Below are positions 14,104-28,223 of a stretch of 64,000 bases of DNA, one piece after another (the first letter of the stretch is position 1; each line of letters begins with the position of its first letter). The notes below the pieces were generated by a model that saw only the letters and a program-made list of their open reading frames with translations, had not been told where the DNA came from and did not search any database. The translations under genes and the position numbers were made by a program. Origin of the DNA: Laetmonice hystrix. Lineage: Eukaryota. The DNA lies in the NCBI GenBank assembly GCA_965235115.1, contig OZ249436.1, positions 51,028,001 to 51,092,000 on the forward strand. Reading direction: 5' to 3'.

Positions 14104-16545
14104 GCCTTTTTCCTACACGAGACACAATTTTCTATCCCAATAATGCGGCGAGAGTTGTAGTCCGGAAATATCACCGTTGGTACATTTTCCGATAAACCCA
14201 AAACCCCCCGAGAGTCGGGCCTACTCGCTCTGCGGACGCCATACACAACCAGAAAATAACTTGGAACCCATTTTAACAACAACTATCAATTTCAGAACTT
14301 TTTTGCGAAATTGCAGTAAGCAGAAATTACTCGGGGTTCATCGGTCACTTTGCTGAGATTGCATTGTGACTCCCATGTCGGCAGTTTTGTCCTCGATACA
14401 TTGTGACTCCCATGATGCCGTATTGTCATACGGGACTTCCACAAAACGTATAGAGAGGACGTTTTTCCCCTCAAATGGTTTGAGTGGTGTAGAAGCCGAT
14501 AAGCATGTCATTCGCCATCGTGCACGAGGGAGGACAAAGGTTGTTGTTTTATTTTAGAGGAGTATGTCTGGCGGTGGTGAGGCGGAATAGGCCGCTCTGC
14601 TGACAAGGACCGCCACCCGTGCATGTATCGGTCTGCACGGACCCCGCCGGCAAGCGTCCCTCTATCAGACAGCTGGCGCCCCCTGGAGGCGGACATTGTG
14701 TAACTGTCCCGCACACGCCAGATCCCAGCGTCTCGAACTCGTGAGTTATGCTGTGATCAGCTGTAGATTCGCGGGTAATGTGGTTGCCTAGCCTGGTCCC
14801 CAGCTCTATATTGACTACGTATATAGGGAGCGTAAGTCTCGCGACCGAAAACGAGGTTCGGTTTAACTGGGTCAGACCGCTGGCGACATGCAACTTCCGT
14901 TACGTCACAATCCCCCACTGGTTTAACATAGGGCGAGCGTACACCTCTCCAAACATCGGCCTTTCTTTTGACAATTAAATATTTCTTAAGTATGAAATGT
15001 ATTTTTTTCTGACATAAGAGATGTTGGTTCTGATGTATAGTCAGTTTGATAACAAAGAGAACAGTATTTTTGGAGTTATCAGTTAGAACGCTTTTTCAAT
15101 GGGCCTCCCAATGCTAAATGAACGGAACCGGAATTTGGCTGGCGCCAGTTTGGGCCTCTAAACCGCATTTCTCGTCGATTCACGCATTGTGACGTGACAT
15201 ACTTACGCTCCCTATTGAGCCGGGTGAAGGCTAATCGAAAACATGGACTCAAACGAGGTAGTTCCGTACCCTCCGTATTTTCCCAACAAGATACAGATAT
15301 TTTCGTCAATCCCTTTAAAACACAAGTGTTAAATGTCCTCGCTTTTCTGGATGTAAACATAGCGTCGTCGGTCCCCACACCAGGTCCTGCTACGGTCTGC
15401 ATACGGAACGGAAGCGGAAGTGCTTGGAGTTTAATCACTTCCGTTTTGCAGCTTTCTGTTAGCCAGCACCTGGCCTAACATAGCGCACTCTCCACCGCAA
15501 GATGTCTCTGCTGTCTGGATATAACATTTCTGCCATCACTTGATTTAAATATTCATGAGCTGACGGCCCACTTGAATTTCATCCAATAACAGCTCTTGGA
15601 TTTAGTCGGGATGACCCAGAAAACCCGGGATGACCCAGAAAATCCGGGCCACGGTCGCTGTCGACTCGGGACAATCCCGGCAGATTACACCCACTGGCAT
15701 CGTTCAGTAAATAGTATGTAGACTTGACAGGTGTCGAGTTTAACATGTTTTGCGACTATAGGCCTACAGCAAGTTTGAGGCATTGATCTTGTGTCACAGT
15801 GGCAAAATGTCGGAAAGTCCCCTTGTTTTGGTGACCCGAGTAAACACCCTATTACACCACTCGTAAACAATGGACAACTTCGCGCAAAAAATAGTTCCAC
15901 TATCTTTTAATAGTTCCTTTCGTATTTGGGGTATATCTGAATTGTAAATAAATTTGTTGGACTCCTTAGACCCTCCTCTATTCAGATAGGGTAGCTAGGA
16001 ATTCCCATAAGTAGTAATTAAGAAAATTGGAGAAAGAGTTTGATATGTGAGGAATCAGCGCGTAAAAAGGCAGTGGTGGCAGAGACATAAGCTACGCGCA
16101 ATGTCTCATGGGAGATTGAACATAGCGGATGCGTATGGTAGGCACAGGGTACCAGGCTATGTGATTGCCGGCCTCACTGCCTGACAACGTCACTGACCGA
16201 ACTTTTATCCACTGTCTTCTACTGTCCCCGCAGTGTGGATGGAATGTGATCATTCTTTGCCAGGAGTTAGGACGGTAGACGCCGACAGGCACTGTATGCA
16301 TAGCGGCGCGGTCTTCGGAAAACATTAAATGTGGGCCTAGAAATACTCCAAAAATCCCGCGTTATAAACTTAAGACGATCAGTTAGATCTATTATTATTA
16401 TTCTGCCTCCATCAAGATCGTAACAATTTTCAGTCTCAAAAATGAAACATACATTTGAAGTTCTCGGAGAGTCTGCGCTTTCACCCTCTTAGCTACAGTA
16501 TCACTGAGTAGGCCTACATGGGTTTATCACAGGCTGGGCGTGTAA

Positions 16546-16749
16546 AGCCGCTTTCACATGCACACGGTTTGCGGTGTGCGGTGTGCGGTGTGCGGCGTGC
16601 GTTTTTGCAAAAATGGAACAACTGAAAATAGATATAACCGTTCACATGTCTCCGGATTGCGGCGTGCGGCGATTTACATTGGCTACATTATTAACAAAAA
16701 CGCACGCCGCATGCCGCACGCCGCACACCGTGTGCATGTGAAAGCGGCT
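16546..16749. mobile_element. PIF/Harbinger-like MITE
   Basis: TIR agccgctttcacatgcacacggt ... accgtgtgcatgtgaaagcggct, with subterminal tgcgg repeats; flanked by TAA / TGA (imperfect 3-bp TSD). Confidence 0.85.
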
Positions 16750-17492
16750 TGACGCTGTGTCTATAGCATTGTGCATGGCGGGGAATCCTCAACACTTATC
16801 GATACCCGTAGGGCGTAGTACTGATGTACGTTTTCAACCTTTATCATCAGATCGTCATTACCAGACAGAAAGAAAATTGGAAATGAAATGATCTCGTCCT
16901 GAAGGTGACAGTTGCCGACAGCACATCCTTCGTCACCACCACCGCCGTCCCTTGCTGAGAGGTCTACCCTTTTTACTTGTTTGGATGGATCCTTACACGA
17001 ACAGACTTTCCTCTGGCCATCGCTGGTTCTGGCTAGCTCAGTAACAATAGAGCCAATGTTACCAGTCGGGGGGGGGGTGTAGCTCAGGCCTATAAATATG
17101 TAACGGGACGAGTGTGCTGCGGGGAAGTATGGAACGAAATGCCTGGCGGATGAAAACGGTACGACATTAAAGGTGGAGTACCGTATTCATGCGCCAGGCA
17201 TCAAGGTAAAGGAGCCGAATCCCGTTACGTGTTATGTGTTTGGAATATTATCTAATTTGAGGGGAAACCCAACAGTAAACAAGAATTAACAAGAAACAGG
17301 AGTGTTTATTATAAGTTTAATCAACATGCATATATGTATTATAATTATAGCCTATTCTCTCCGCGGGGCCAAGGGACGGGGCGGTTTGTTAAATGGACAC
17401 TGAGTTTCCCCTATTTTTCTCTACACGGGGCTCACAAAGCGTTAGCAAACTGACGGGGTGAGGCATACTGTTGGAACAGCCTAGCGTAAATT

Positions 17493-17759
17493 ATAATAAG
17501 AACAAATGGTGGTTCTCTCATTATCAAGTAGGCATATATAGTAGGCCTCTTTTTTAACGAAAGTACATAGGGTTCCCGTTCAATTTCTTTTTCTTACTAT
17601 TAATCTTATTCTAACATATTTTATTTATAAATATAATAACACAATCCTTCCAGTATTTTCTTTTCCTAACCCTTTCATAACTGATCGAAGGTTGTCTGAC
17701 TATAAATGCCGTTAACCTAATTAAATCCACTATAGCTATACGTGTATACAGTCCCTATA
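17493..17759. repeat. Dispersed ~290-bp repeat, copy 2 (small internal deletion), flanked by 17-bp direct repeat
   Basis: Matches 11307-11598; tagcgtaaattataata at 17482-17498 and 17769-17785. Confidence 0.93.
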
Positions 17760-18481
17760 AGTAAATTATAGCGTAAATTATAATACATGTTCCGGCGCTT
17801 CCATAGGACCTCATAGTTAACATCACCCCGTACTCTGAAAACAGTCCGTATAGAAGACGCATTCCATATGGACCACCGTATGACCCCCCCCCCCCCCCCC
17901 CCCAGAATGGCACTGGCAGATAGAATGCGCATTATAATAAAATTGAAACCTGAGACTATGAGCAGTGCGCAGCCATACGCCTACATGATCTTCTACGCCT
18001 ATAAAGATGGTTTCCCACTATATACAAGGCAGCTTGTCCTGATTAATTACGCTTTAAATTTGCAGTGTATGAGAGGGGAGAGGTTACATGTCCTTTGTGG
18101 AACAGCTGCTCCGATGAGAGTATACCATTTCAGGCCATTTCCCTGCGGAAACAGGATAGCTTCTGGCAGGAAACAGAAACAGCCTGCAGGCATTATACTC
18201 CGCCGAGGGTTCACGGGGTCATGTCCCGCCGAGCTCCTGTCTGATCATTGTTCCGGTGGGCGTTGCCAGAAAAGGCAGCAAGCAAATTATGAATAGAAGA
18301 CCTAGTTGTAGGTCTGGTGGATGTTCCTACCTACCCTGTGCCTTTACCCTCTTCCTGTCGTGTGTTTTCCCTAGTAGGAGCGGATCCAGCGTTTAGAAAG
18401 TAGGTGAGATCGACCAGGGGAAGCAGAGATAAAAGGAGGTTTGACAGACAGCAGTGAACACAGAAAACTGTATGAGAAAAA

Positions 18482-18682
18482 TATATAGCCTATATGCCGG
18501 TATAGAAATATAGGCCTAAATGCCGGCATAGAAATATAGGCCTAAATGCCGGTATAGAAATATAGGCCTAAATGCCGGTACAGAAATATAGGCCTAAATG
18601 CCGGTATAGAAATATAGGCCTAAATGCCGGTATAGAAATATAGGCCTAAATGTCGGTATAGAAATATAGACCTAAATGTCGG
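18482..18682. repeat. 26-bp minisatellite, ~7.5 copies
   Basis: Unit aaatataggcctaaatgccggtatag. Confidence 0.95.
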
Positions 18683-19594
18683 TAGTATAGAAGGGGGTTC
18701 GGACCACATCTGGATTTGTCCTTTCCAACATTATTCTCTGGATTTGTCGCGTATGCCTAATTATATGTTATGTTCATAGTAGGCCTTCAGTACTCTTACA
18801 CGCAAGGCCATATTCTTTAAAACATCTAGACCAACATCTAGATCTACAATTCACAATAATGGGGGGGGGGGGGGCTCTGGTATAGGGCAAGATGCCCCTT
18901 TGCAATGTGTTTATAAATAATAATTTGTTTAATGTGGTAAAAAGGATACAGCCAAAGATTATTAGCGCTGTGCTAAGATATTTATTTCTTAATGTACAAC
19001 ATTATAGTTGGATTGGCGATGCAGGCCTCAGTACGTTTATTCCACACTAGGTAGCAGCAGGATCGCTAAGTTCCATATCCGACCACCAGAGCACCAGAAC
19101 GGGTGCCTTGATCGCGAGACGTCATTGATTTTCTGAGACCGGTCGTAGCTTGCAGGAGAACAGGCATTGTTAGAGTGCCGCAGCTTTCACACCCGGGTAG
19201 GACTTCAGACCACTATAAAAGTTCTACCCTATTTCGACCACTGGTCTTACTTATGCCTTCAGTTTACACAAATTTGAGAGTCGAAACGAAACCTCGTTAT
19301 CAATTTGAATGAGGCCCATAAAGTTTGATCGTTCAAGACTGGCGCTATTATGATGATATTAAGCATAGAGTTCTATATTGAACACAGTTTCTCAACGCCA
19401 CATCCCAACGGGCCACGTGCGTGACGTTTATCCGAGCTCCAACCGCTAAGCTCTCACGTTGGAGGCCGACTTTGACACCTGACTCCTCATCAACAACAGA
19501 CCGCGTGATCCACAAACGCTACAAGCCAACTGCTTACTTATGGGGGGAAACAGCGCCAGGTGCTTCGTCGATAAGCACTTGTTATTTTAAACTA

Positions 19595-19805
19595 TGGAAT
19601 ACCGGCGACGACATGCGAGATGCGAGACAGTGTGTTTGGGTTAGGGTAAAGGTTATGCCTAGGGTTAGTGTTAGTTTTCACTTTAGCCCCAAAATTATTG
19701 TTAAATAGGCACTAATTGAGCAGTGGATCTTGATGTCGGTGCTAAATTGACACTGTTCGGTCCCATATCGCTTCTCGCATCTCGCATGTCGTCGCCGGTA
19801 TTCCA
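19595..19805. mobile_element. MITE with perfect 33-bp TIRs and internal degenerate GGGTTA repeats
   Basis: tggaataccggcgacgacatgcgagatgcgaga and its exact reverse complement ending at 19805. Confidence 0.88.
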
Positions 19806-22308
19806 AATTAAACACTGAAATCAAGCAGATGCGGAAAATAATGTGCTCCCCTGGGAAAGCTAAACTATATACTGCTCCATAAACCAGGAAAAGAGGCTGG
19901 CTTTCTGGAATTACGAAGTGCATCCGCCAACCTGCTAGATATAGGGGTGAAAAGGCTGAATCCAAAATCTTCAACAACGGAGCGGGACAGATGCACACCG
20001 GGGGTGGTGGTGGGGGTGGGGGTGGGGGGTGGGGGGGGCGGACGTCGAAGGAATTCGTAATATTTACATAATATATAGTGCACCTGTATATATTATGACA
20101 TAGGCCTACCGGTCGACGGAAGTCATAGTACTTTCTGGCCCGAGGCGGCCCTGACTGGAAGAAGAGATCCACTCTAACTGCATGCTCTCCCAGACTGATC
20201 TTTGATGTGTGTATACATTACATCCATATCCGAGTACAAATACATTAATGTAGCGGGTAATAATCATCATTAATTGCGCCCCTACTTCTTGTCGACAAAG
20301 GTTGAAAAGGTCATTGCAAACAAAGCATTGTAGTCGTAAGTCAAGTGGTAGAACCATTGACTCGCAGAATAAGGACGCCACCGTGAATGATGAACAGTCG
20401 TCAAGACTCCCAGGTGACGGCAGAACAAGCCACTGCCGATAATGTCGTTGTGTTGACGTACGGAGGGAAGGCGAGCGGCTGTTGGATCAGCGGCCGGAGG
20501 TTGAGGGTATAGGGGTTGGAACGTCATGGCTATAGTAGAGGGCACACCAGGGCCTAGCGCCCATAATGACCCGTGACCTTTCCATTATTGATGAGTGTGA
20601 CAGGGGCCCTGACAGCTCATCTGAATATTTCATCATTCCGTACACGTCCCAACTCGTAGACCTGGCCACATTGGATATCGCGAGTCTTTACCAGACTTTA
20701 TACATAAATCATTAGTTATATGTTTTTAGTCAAAGAGGCCTCTTGACCGAGTCCCAGAGCAGGGTTCGGCAAGGGGTCTGATCTCCACCACAGCTCGTGT
20801 GTTGGTTTAATGCCGGCCCCTGCTCCATTCTATTAGTGTAAAAGCACCGTGTAAAGGCCTGGCACGCCTCAGGCATCAGTCTAGACTCCCACGTGTAGTA
20901 CAAAATACGCAATGTCAAGATTATAATCCCCTATGCTGGTTCTTTTGCATAGACTCAATACTAATAATAGTGTAGACGAAACCATACAATTTCAAGATCC
21001 CATTTCCATTTCCGCATCGAAAAGGGGAGAATTATGTTGGATTGGCAATCGCGATGTCACCTGACTCTGCGGTTTGTCCCGAGTTGTAACATCCATTTAG
21101 TGCTGTTTTCATTGCGATATCTCTTACGACTATGGTCTAGCGGGCCCCTTTAGTTGAATCCCCCCCCCCTGTACCATGCAGTACCGCCGATGTTTATCAA
21201 ATGGAAAGGGAACCCCATACTACGTCTTGCTCAAGGCCCGTATTGACTCCCGGTGGCCCTGATAACATGTAGCAGACATTCACAACATAAAGTGTTGAGA
21301 TTATATAGACGCCATACATGTTGTATGGGGTACAACCCTCCAGTGCATGGGAAGTATTTTCGTCATGTGCCATGAGGTCTGAACAGTACCGTGAGACGAT
21401 TATAATATTTCTGGTATAACTGTTGCAACATTTGGTCGGGATGAAAGGAGGGTTCTCCTGTTGTTGGGTCAGATGATATTGGGCCGGCTGCCGGACCGCA
21501 CCTCATAACATTGCCGCAATGTTATGGAAGAAGCCAATCAGAGGTCATCGAGTTGAACAAGTGTTTCATAATGCATATAGAATCCGCAATCCTCTGTGTC
21601 ATGAGTTATGAAACGTGTGATTATGGTCGGCTGATTAATTCAGTAGCGCAGGCGGCTCTGTCTTATAAGACCTCAGCCTATATTGCCTAGGCTATTATAT
21701 ATTATATAAGGCAGGTTATTTGTGAAAGATGGTACTCAAATTACTCAGGATACTGACGACAAAAATGGTAAACATATACAATCAATCTAGCTGTTGCTCT
21801 ATAGAACCAACTATAATGAAATTCGCAGTTGAACCGACACCCCAGTCAGCGGCGCCGCCTCCCGTGATGGCCTGATGGTCTGATGGCCTGATGGTCTGCC
21901 GACATGAATGTTTGTGTCACACTCACGTTATTGTGTTTCACCACACGTGTAATGTTATTGCGTGGTAATGGAGGCAGTTGAAAGATTCAGGCTAAATTGC
22001 CAGGAATGGTGGTTCAAGATTATTATAGTGCCAACTGTTTTAGGCGGCCAGTCTCCCACGGTACCATCTGCATTAGGCACGGTACTATCTGCATTAGGGT
22101 ATTTTTGCAGTAACGCCCACATTGGGCGATCGGTTTTTTATCATCGATCGGGGGGGGGGGCGAGACTAGATCCCCCGATAGGGTCATTTTGTAAAAATCC
22201 ACTTTCTTTACTTGACCCCTTTTGTCGGTTTTCAATGTTGCCGCCACACCCTGTCAATATGCTGGATCCGCCCTCACCGTCTGCAGTGATCAGGTGGGTC
22301 ACTTTTAT

Positions 22309-22697
22309 ATGGCACCATCTGCATCAGGCGCCCCCTTCTATGGCACCATCTGCATCAGGCGCCCCCTTTCTATGGCACCATCTGCATCAGGCGCCCCCTT
22401 TCTATGGCACCATCTGCATCAGGCGCCCCCTTTCTATGGCACCATGTGCATCAGGCGTCCCCTTTCCATGGCACCATCTGCATCAGGCGTCCCCTTTCCA
22501 TGGTATCATCTGGATCAGGCGCCCCCTTTCTATGGCACCATCTGCATCAGGCCTCCCCTTTCTATAGTATTATCTGCATCGGGCGCCCCCTTTCTATCAT
22601 CTGCATCAGGCGCCCCCTTGCTATCATCTGCATCAGGCGTCCCCTTTCTATCATCTGGATCAGGCGCCCCCTTTCCATGGTACCATCTACATCAGGC
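22309..22697. repeat. 32-bp minisatellite, ~12 copies, degenerating to the right
   Basis: Unit tatggcaccatctgcatcaggcgccccctttc. Confidence 0.95.
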
Positions 22698-23718
22698 GGT
22701 CAGATGATTTCAATTATACCGTTGGCATTAGCGAATCGTGTATCGTTTGGTTCAGACAACCGGTTGTCATTCCTGATCTGCATGCATTGGTTGGTCAGTG
22801 CCTGACGACCACTTTGTGATGGTGAATATGTCTGCCTATCCATGGTTGACTAAGCTTCCTTTATATTGGCACCATTAGTAATCATGTGGTTGACTAAACA
22901 ACTTTTTTACAGTCTCACGATACCTGGCACCTAGATACACACAGAGTGCATTGGCTCATCTCTCCGTCACAGTACATTTACTGTCCATTTAGTCTTTACG
23001 GGGTCTCTAGACTGGAGTGATTTTTTTAGTAAGGGGCTTTCTCCCAATAACATTTGCCCTTGTGCTTGTTCTGACGCCCTTTATTCCTTGCTGGTGCTTT
23101 GAAGGCGCGGTGGGTAAACAAATTGTAGCTGTGACTTCGGCCTCGCGTCGCCGGCTCTTAAAAGTATCAACTCTACAAAATGAAAGAACGATCGAAAATG
23201 TTAAATAACTAACACATCTATAGTCGATTTTCATCATCTGGTTTGACAATTTAGATAAACACAGATGGTCTTCGAATTAATGCCATGACTATTGGCATTC
23301 ACATAATATGTACTGTTTCTTATTTATTCCTCGAGAATCATAACTACTATATGTGGACAAACATTGTAAAATGAACAGACGATATATCTGTGACGGAAAA
23401 ACTAATAATTCATAACCACTCAGCACGCACCAATCATCGGGTTGAATTACATCCTCCCTGTAATAGGATGGAAAGGTGCAATAAGACACCCAAACGTGAA
23501 ACTCGAATGTACTGGCTCATTATGAGAAACGTCTAATTAGGAGGCCTAATTAGGAATTCGGAAAGGGGGGGGGGATTCAACAGGGTTAATTCAGAAACCT
23601 CTATGGGGGAAAGAGAAAAATTGACGCCACAGGGGACCTTGACCCCCTTGACCCCACCCCACCCCCCTCGATACGCTACTGCTAACCCTGATCAATAGGT
23701 CTACCCAGAGGGGTCAAG

Positions 23719-23756
23719 CTCATTCATTCATTCATTCATTCATTCATTCATTCATT
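23719..23756. repeat. (TCAT)n microsatellite
   Basis: Direct reading. Confidence 0.95.
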
Positions 23757-26700
23757 TGTTGCTGAAAATTAAAAACATAATAGGGGCCGGGCCGATGCTA
23801 TATAAATGTGAGGATGTTGGGTCAATACTAGGCCTGTACTTTAGAGTCTATGATTCCCGCCTCCGGCATTGCTCGGTCGTATGGAACAGGTAGGGTGACG
23901 TTCGCACATCCCATAGAGAGTCTATACATTGTAGGGCATACGTAAACCCTTACACCATGCAGTCCCCTTGCTGAGCGAAAATGCAGAGGTTAATATTGAA
24001 GCCGATGATATCCCAGCGGGACGCAGTCCCCAGAAGATATCATGAAGAAGATATTCAAAAAGGATGTCACCCAAATCATAAATTTGGCCCAGTATGATTA
24101 GTTGTTGTGTGCGTGCCTACCAGAGAGGAGATGCACCCCCTCATGTCATGGCGTGGTATTGAAGACACCACCAGCGTTTCTGTCCGCCGACATCAGTTAA
24201 CAATACATCGTCTGCATAGAAGCTTTTGTGATTACATGTAACCATAGATATAGACCTCATTTGTATCTACAGTTGTGGTATCCTACAAAGATTTGCCAAT
24301 GGGGAAAGCTTTATTCCTGAAAAGAAAGAATAATTCTAAATCCAACCAAGAAGACAACCAGTCGAGTTGGAATGAGCGAGTATTGGTTGTTTTATGCCAT
24401 GTCGGCAACTCCGGGTGATCCATTGTAGTGGTAAGGTGGTGTTTCCATTCGCAGTTACGGCACATTTTCTTGATGACAGTACCGCAATATTAGCGCCACG
24501 TTACCGCAAACTTTTGGAGCTGATCGCACCACATGACAAAAAGTACCGCTATAAATGGTTGTGAATAAAGGGACTTGTGCGTGCAAACCGTCACGTTATG
24601 GCAACACCTGATCGACTACCGCGGTGTCCCACCGGTGGTCGGACTACATTGGCCGTGTTACCGCAAATTTATTGTGGGGCTGCCGCAAATAATCATCACC
24701 TTACCGCGGCAGTGTGTGACCCCTATATATACGGTCATCTTCGTGGGAAAAGCGACTGCAAAAATTCGGTGGTCTGAGGGTTGGATGTTGGTCTCGGCAA
24801 GGTCGAGTTTTGTGTTCTGTGGCGGTCGTGTTTTGTTTCAAGAGTTGTTGTTGTTGTTGGTGTGTGTGTGGGGGTGGGGGTGGGGGTTGGGGGGGGGGTG
24901 GGGGGGGGGTGAGGGTTGGAATCTAATGGCTCGTCTTGCTTGTCTTGACGGTTTTTGAGGGTAGGGTTTATGGTAGCCTTAGAGTGCCGTTCTGTCCGAG
25001 GGTTGGAGCGTCGTTCCGTGTGCCCTAGCCTATAATCCATACTTTGGGTACAGGCCTCTGACCCTGAAGGCCCTGCCCTGTAACGAGCTCCATGTTAATG
25101 GTTGTAATCCATGGGAGAACAAGGTCAGCCAATCCCGTGGTATTGGTCTGTCCAGCATGTCAGGCTGATTACAGTACGTTCCCCACGGGCTTACCTGTCA
25201 ATCAATCAAACAATCAAGGGATGGTCCACCAATACTAACATGACCACCAAGATACCTTTAATGGCAGCATTGATTTTTACAGTTGAGAAAATAATGTCTG
25301 TCAAATGCCATCTGCATTCGATCAAGAAGTTGCTTCTGTTCATGACGAAGAAACACGAAGATTCCATGTGTTTTCGTTGCCAGGTTTACCACCAAGTATC
25401 ACGTAAGAAGAACGAGGGTTCCGTTTCATTCGTATTCATTATATGGAAATAGTTTTAACTCCCTCCATACTCCAGGGGTATTATTGCTCACCAGTCGCGT
25501 TTCACTGATGGCCAGGCTGAAGAAAAGCTTGTCACGTTATTTGATACCACATTGCGTTCAATAACATACATTTCATGTGACCACGGTTGGAAAGTCCCTA
25601 TGGATTTCTTCATTATTGGATGATTAAGTCATTCATAGCTATTCATGGAGAACGTTCAGGGGTCAAACAGAGTTTTGATTGCCGGACCACCAACCTACTC
25701 TACTGATCGTGCTTGCCCTAATTGCCTCACTTAGCGTTGGACTGCATGTATCAGTTCAATCTGCGTGGTGTATCTTCTCTTTCTCTCTGACAAAAAAGAA
25801 GCACACATTGCGAGTGGTCACTAAAGGTTGGGAATAAAACGATAAGGTCAAAACAGCTGGTCGTCAACAAGGACTCTTGCCTGCGGCCTTAAGGGTTCAA
25901 GTAGCTCCAGAATGTTGTCAGATGGTGCTAATCTAGTACGGGTAGGCCTATTATACACTCTTTGTAATGGATCGATGCATCTGAAGGAAATCCTTTGATC
26001 ATTGATCAATGACTAAAGAAACAAAATCTCAAAAATGCACAGCGCTAGATTACTCGGAGGCTTGGGATGGTAATTCCTTACGTGCTTTTATCTAGACTCG
26101 AGATAACAGCGGCTGAGGAGATAAGACTAAGATAAAACAGCAGATAGCACTCTAAGTGGCTTCATTTACATGACAGTGTTATTTCACCCGTCGGGAATTT
26201 TTCATACGATTGTGGTTGCGGCTGTGCAGTCTTTAAGACACCCAATCCTTTCAGTGCTCCCGCTTCAAAGTCATTCAAAAAAATGGCCATATTCAAGTTT
26301 TATATCTGTATTTTTGGTTCGGTGGCTTGCACCTTACTGAGTTGTCATGCCCCCTGTAGGTTGCTTGACGACATCCTCAACTTCTGCCAGGAACCAGGCT
26401 CGATCGTGAATACATAATCTGCTTCATTTCTCAATATTCCGTTCGTTGACCTGGTATATTTCCTGTTCTCCCACAGAACTTGTGGTATGTGTATGCATGG
26501 AATGAGTGGTATTACCAGCTACATTCTTTGTCTTACAGATCAGAGATTGATGAATGGGATTCATGAATCAATAATTTGCCTTTGGGACCAGAAAGTGGTA
26601 AATGCTGTTTGCAACCTTGCCCAGCCAATCAGTGGCCGGGAGGGACCGCTCTCAGCCAGGCATTCACTCCAACAGTATTATCTTGTCCTCACAGAGCCCA

Positions 26701-28008
26701 CAAGCGTCAATTGTGGTTGGCATTTGGTGGGCCAGGCCTTACGGGGCGTCGTTGTTTGCACAGTGTGCTATATCGAAGTAATATATCACGGTTGTCAAGG
26801 CACCTGAGATGGGCGCGTACATCAGGCTCCTTTCATGTCTCCCCATCAAAATCCCATTTTTGATGTGAGGCTTTTCATCAATGCTTTTACATTTATCGGG
26901 CAGGGATAGTGAAGAGTGAAGCGGTGTCGGCGGCCGTGAACGGTGAAGGTTTGCTGGTGGGTTCCCCCTGGTGGAGGATCGAGGAGGATCCAAGCCGGGA
27001 TGGAGGCCACCCTCCCCCACACCTCCACACCCACCCACCCCCCACCGCACCACCCCGCGTCCGACGCCACCCCCGCTCCACCTCCAAGGTGTGCTAGGTG
27101 TAGCTTGGCCGTTGGCCGCCGTCAATCAGACGTTGTTACGGCTTGAAGCCGTCTAGATTGACGGCGTTGTAGTACGTAATGCCCAGCACTGACCGCGGCC
27201 GGTATGTTTCAGTCGTGGTACAGACTACAGAAGCAAGGGGAAGCATTATGCCAGGATTGGTGTGTGCGTGGTTGCTGATTGGTATCTGGCGGGGCTGAGG
27301 ACGACGTCTACCTGGGCTGACACCGCCTACATCGTGAGATACCACCGCGAGGCGTTACGGGCACGGACAGCGCGGGAGACGCCAGCGTCTATGACGTCCC
27401 TGCTCCCCATCAGTTGTGAAGATCCAAGATATTCATCACCCTGGAGGATCGTACTCGTCACATGAACGGATACCTCCCTGGAGGAAGTGATGGATTGTGA
27501 GCGGTGGTACGGGTGACGGTGGCCGTGCGTCTCCAGGCGGACCGTAGGCCGGGGTGTGTCCGGGCAGGGGGGGAAGGTGAAACCAGGACCCCGCCAGCTA
27601 TACCCTCCCACCCATCTATACCTGCTTCAGTCCCAGGCCAACACCCACCCGCCGGGTATGTATGCACGGATAGCCAAGTCACACCGCCCCACCTGGGCAC
27701 AACCACTGCGACAACCCACTGCGGAATTACAGGGCAACGCACGCCTGTTATCAGAACCATATTAGGGGAGTAGAATCGTTTGCACAATGTCTCAGTCCAT
27801 TCCATCAGAGGACAGTTGAGGACGAATGTTTCCAGACTTTAGGAGGAGCAGGATGATGATGGCATGAGAAAACGCGCTTATAGCAGCCCTTATTTGTAGA
27901 AAGTTAGATGATTAATCACAAGGCACACGCTTTGATAACTCACACACGGATGAACGATTAAAAGAACGCGGCATTTTGAAAGTGTATCAAATCGTAAATC
28001 AACCGAAG

Positions 28009-28223
28009 ATGGAACCGCAGACACTGGGATTGCCCGAATGGGCACAGAGGGTCCGCCGACGATCGTTCTGCGCGCCAATGAAACAGCCTGTCTCACCGGC
28101 AGTCTCACCGGCAGCCGGGGCCGATGAGCCAAGGCCGCCGGGAGGCCAGGCACCAGGCGCGGGCGACGACTCGACCGGGCTGGCACGGGATCTGAGGAAG
28201 GCTTCGTGCTCGGAAACGGACAG
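28009..28223 (+). CDS. BAIAP3: Candidate alternative first coding exon B (MEPQTLGLPEWAQRVRRRSF...)
   Basis: ATG at 28009 (aagATGg), in-frame stop upstream at 27913, consensus donor CAG|GTGAGT at 28224. Phase 2 matches the exon at 42735 (AG+A=Arg). Confidence 0.6.
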
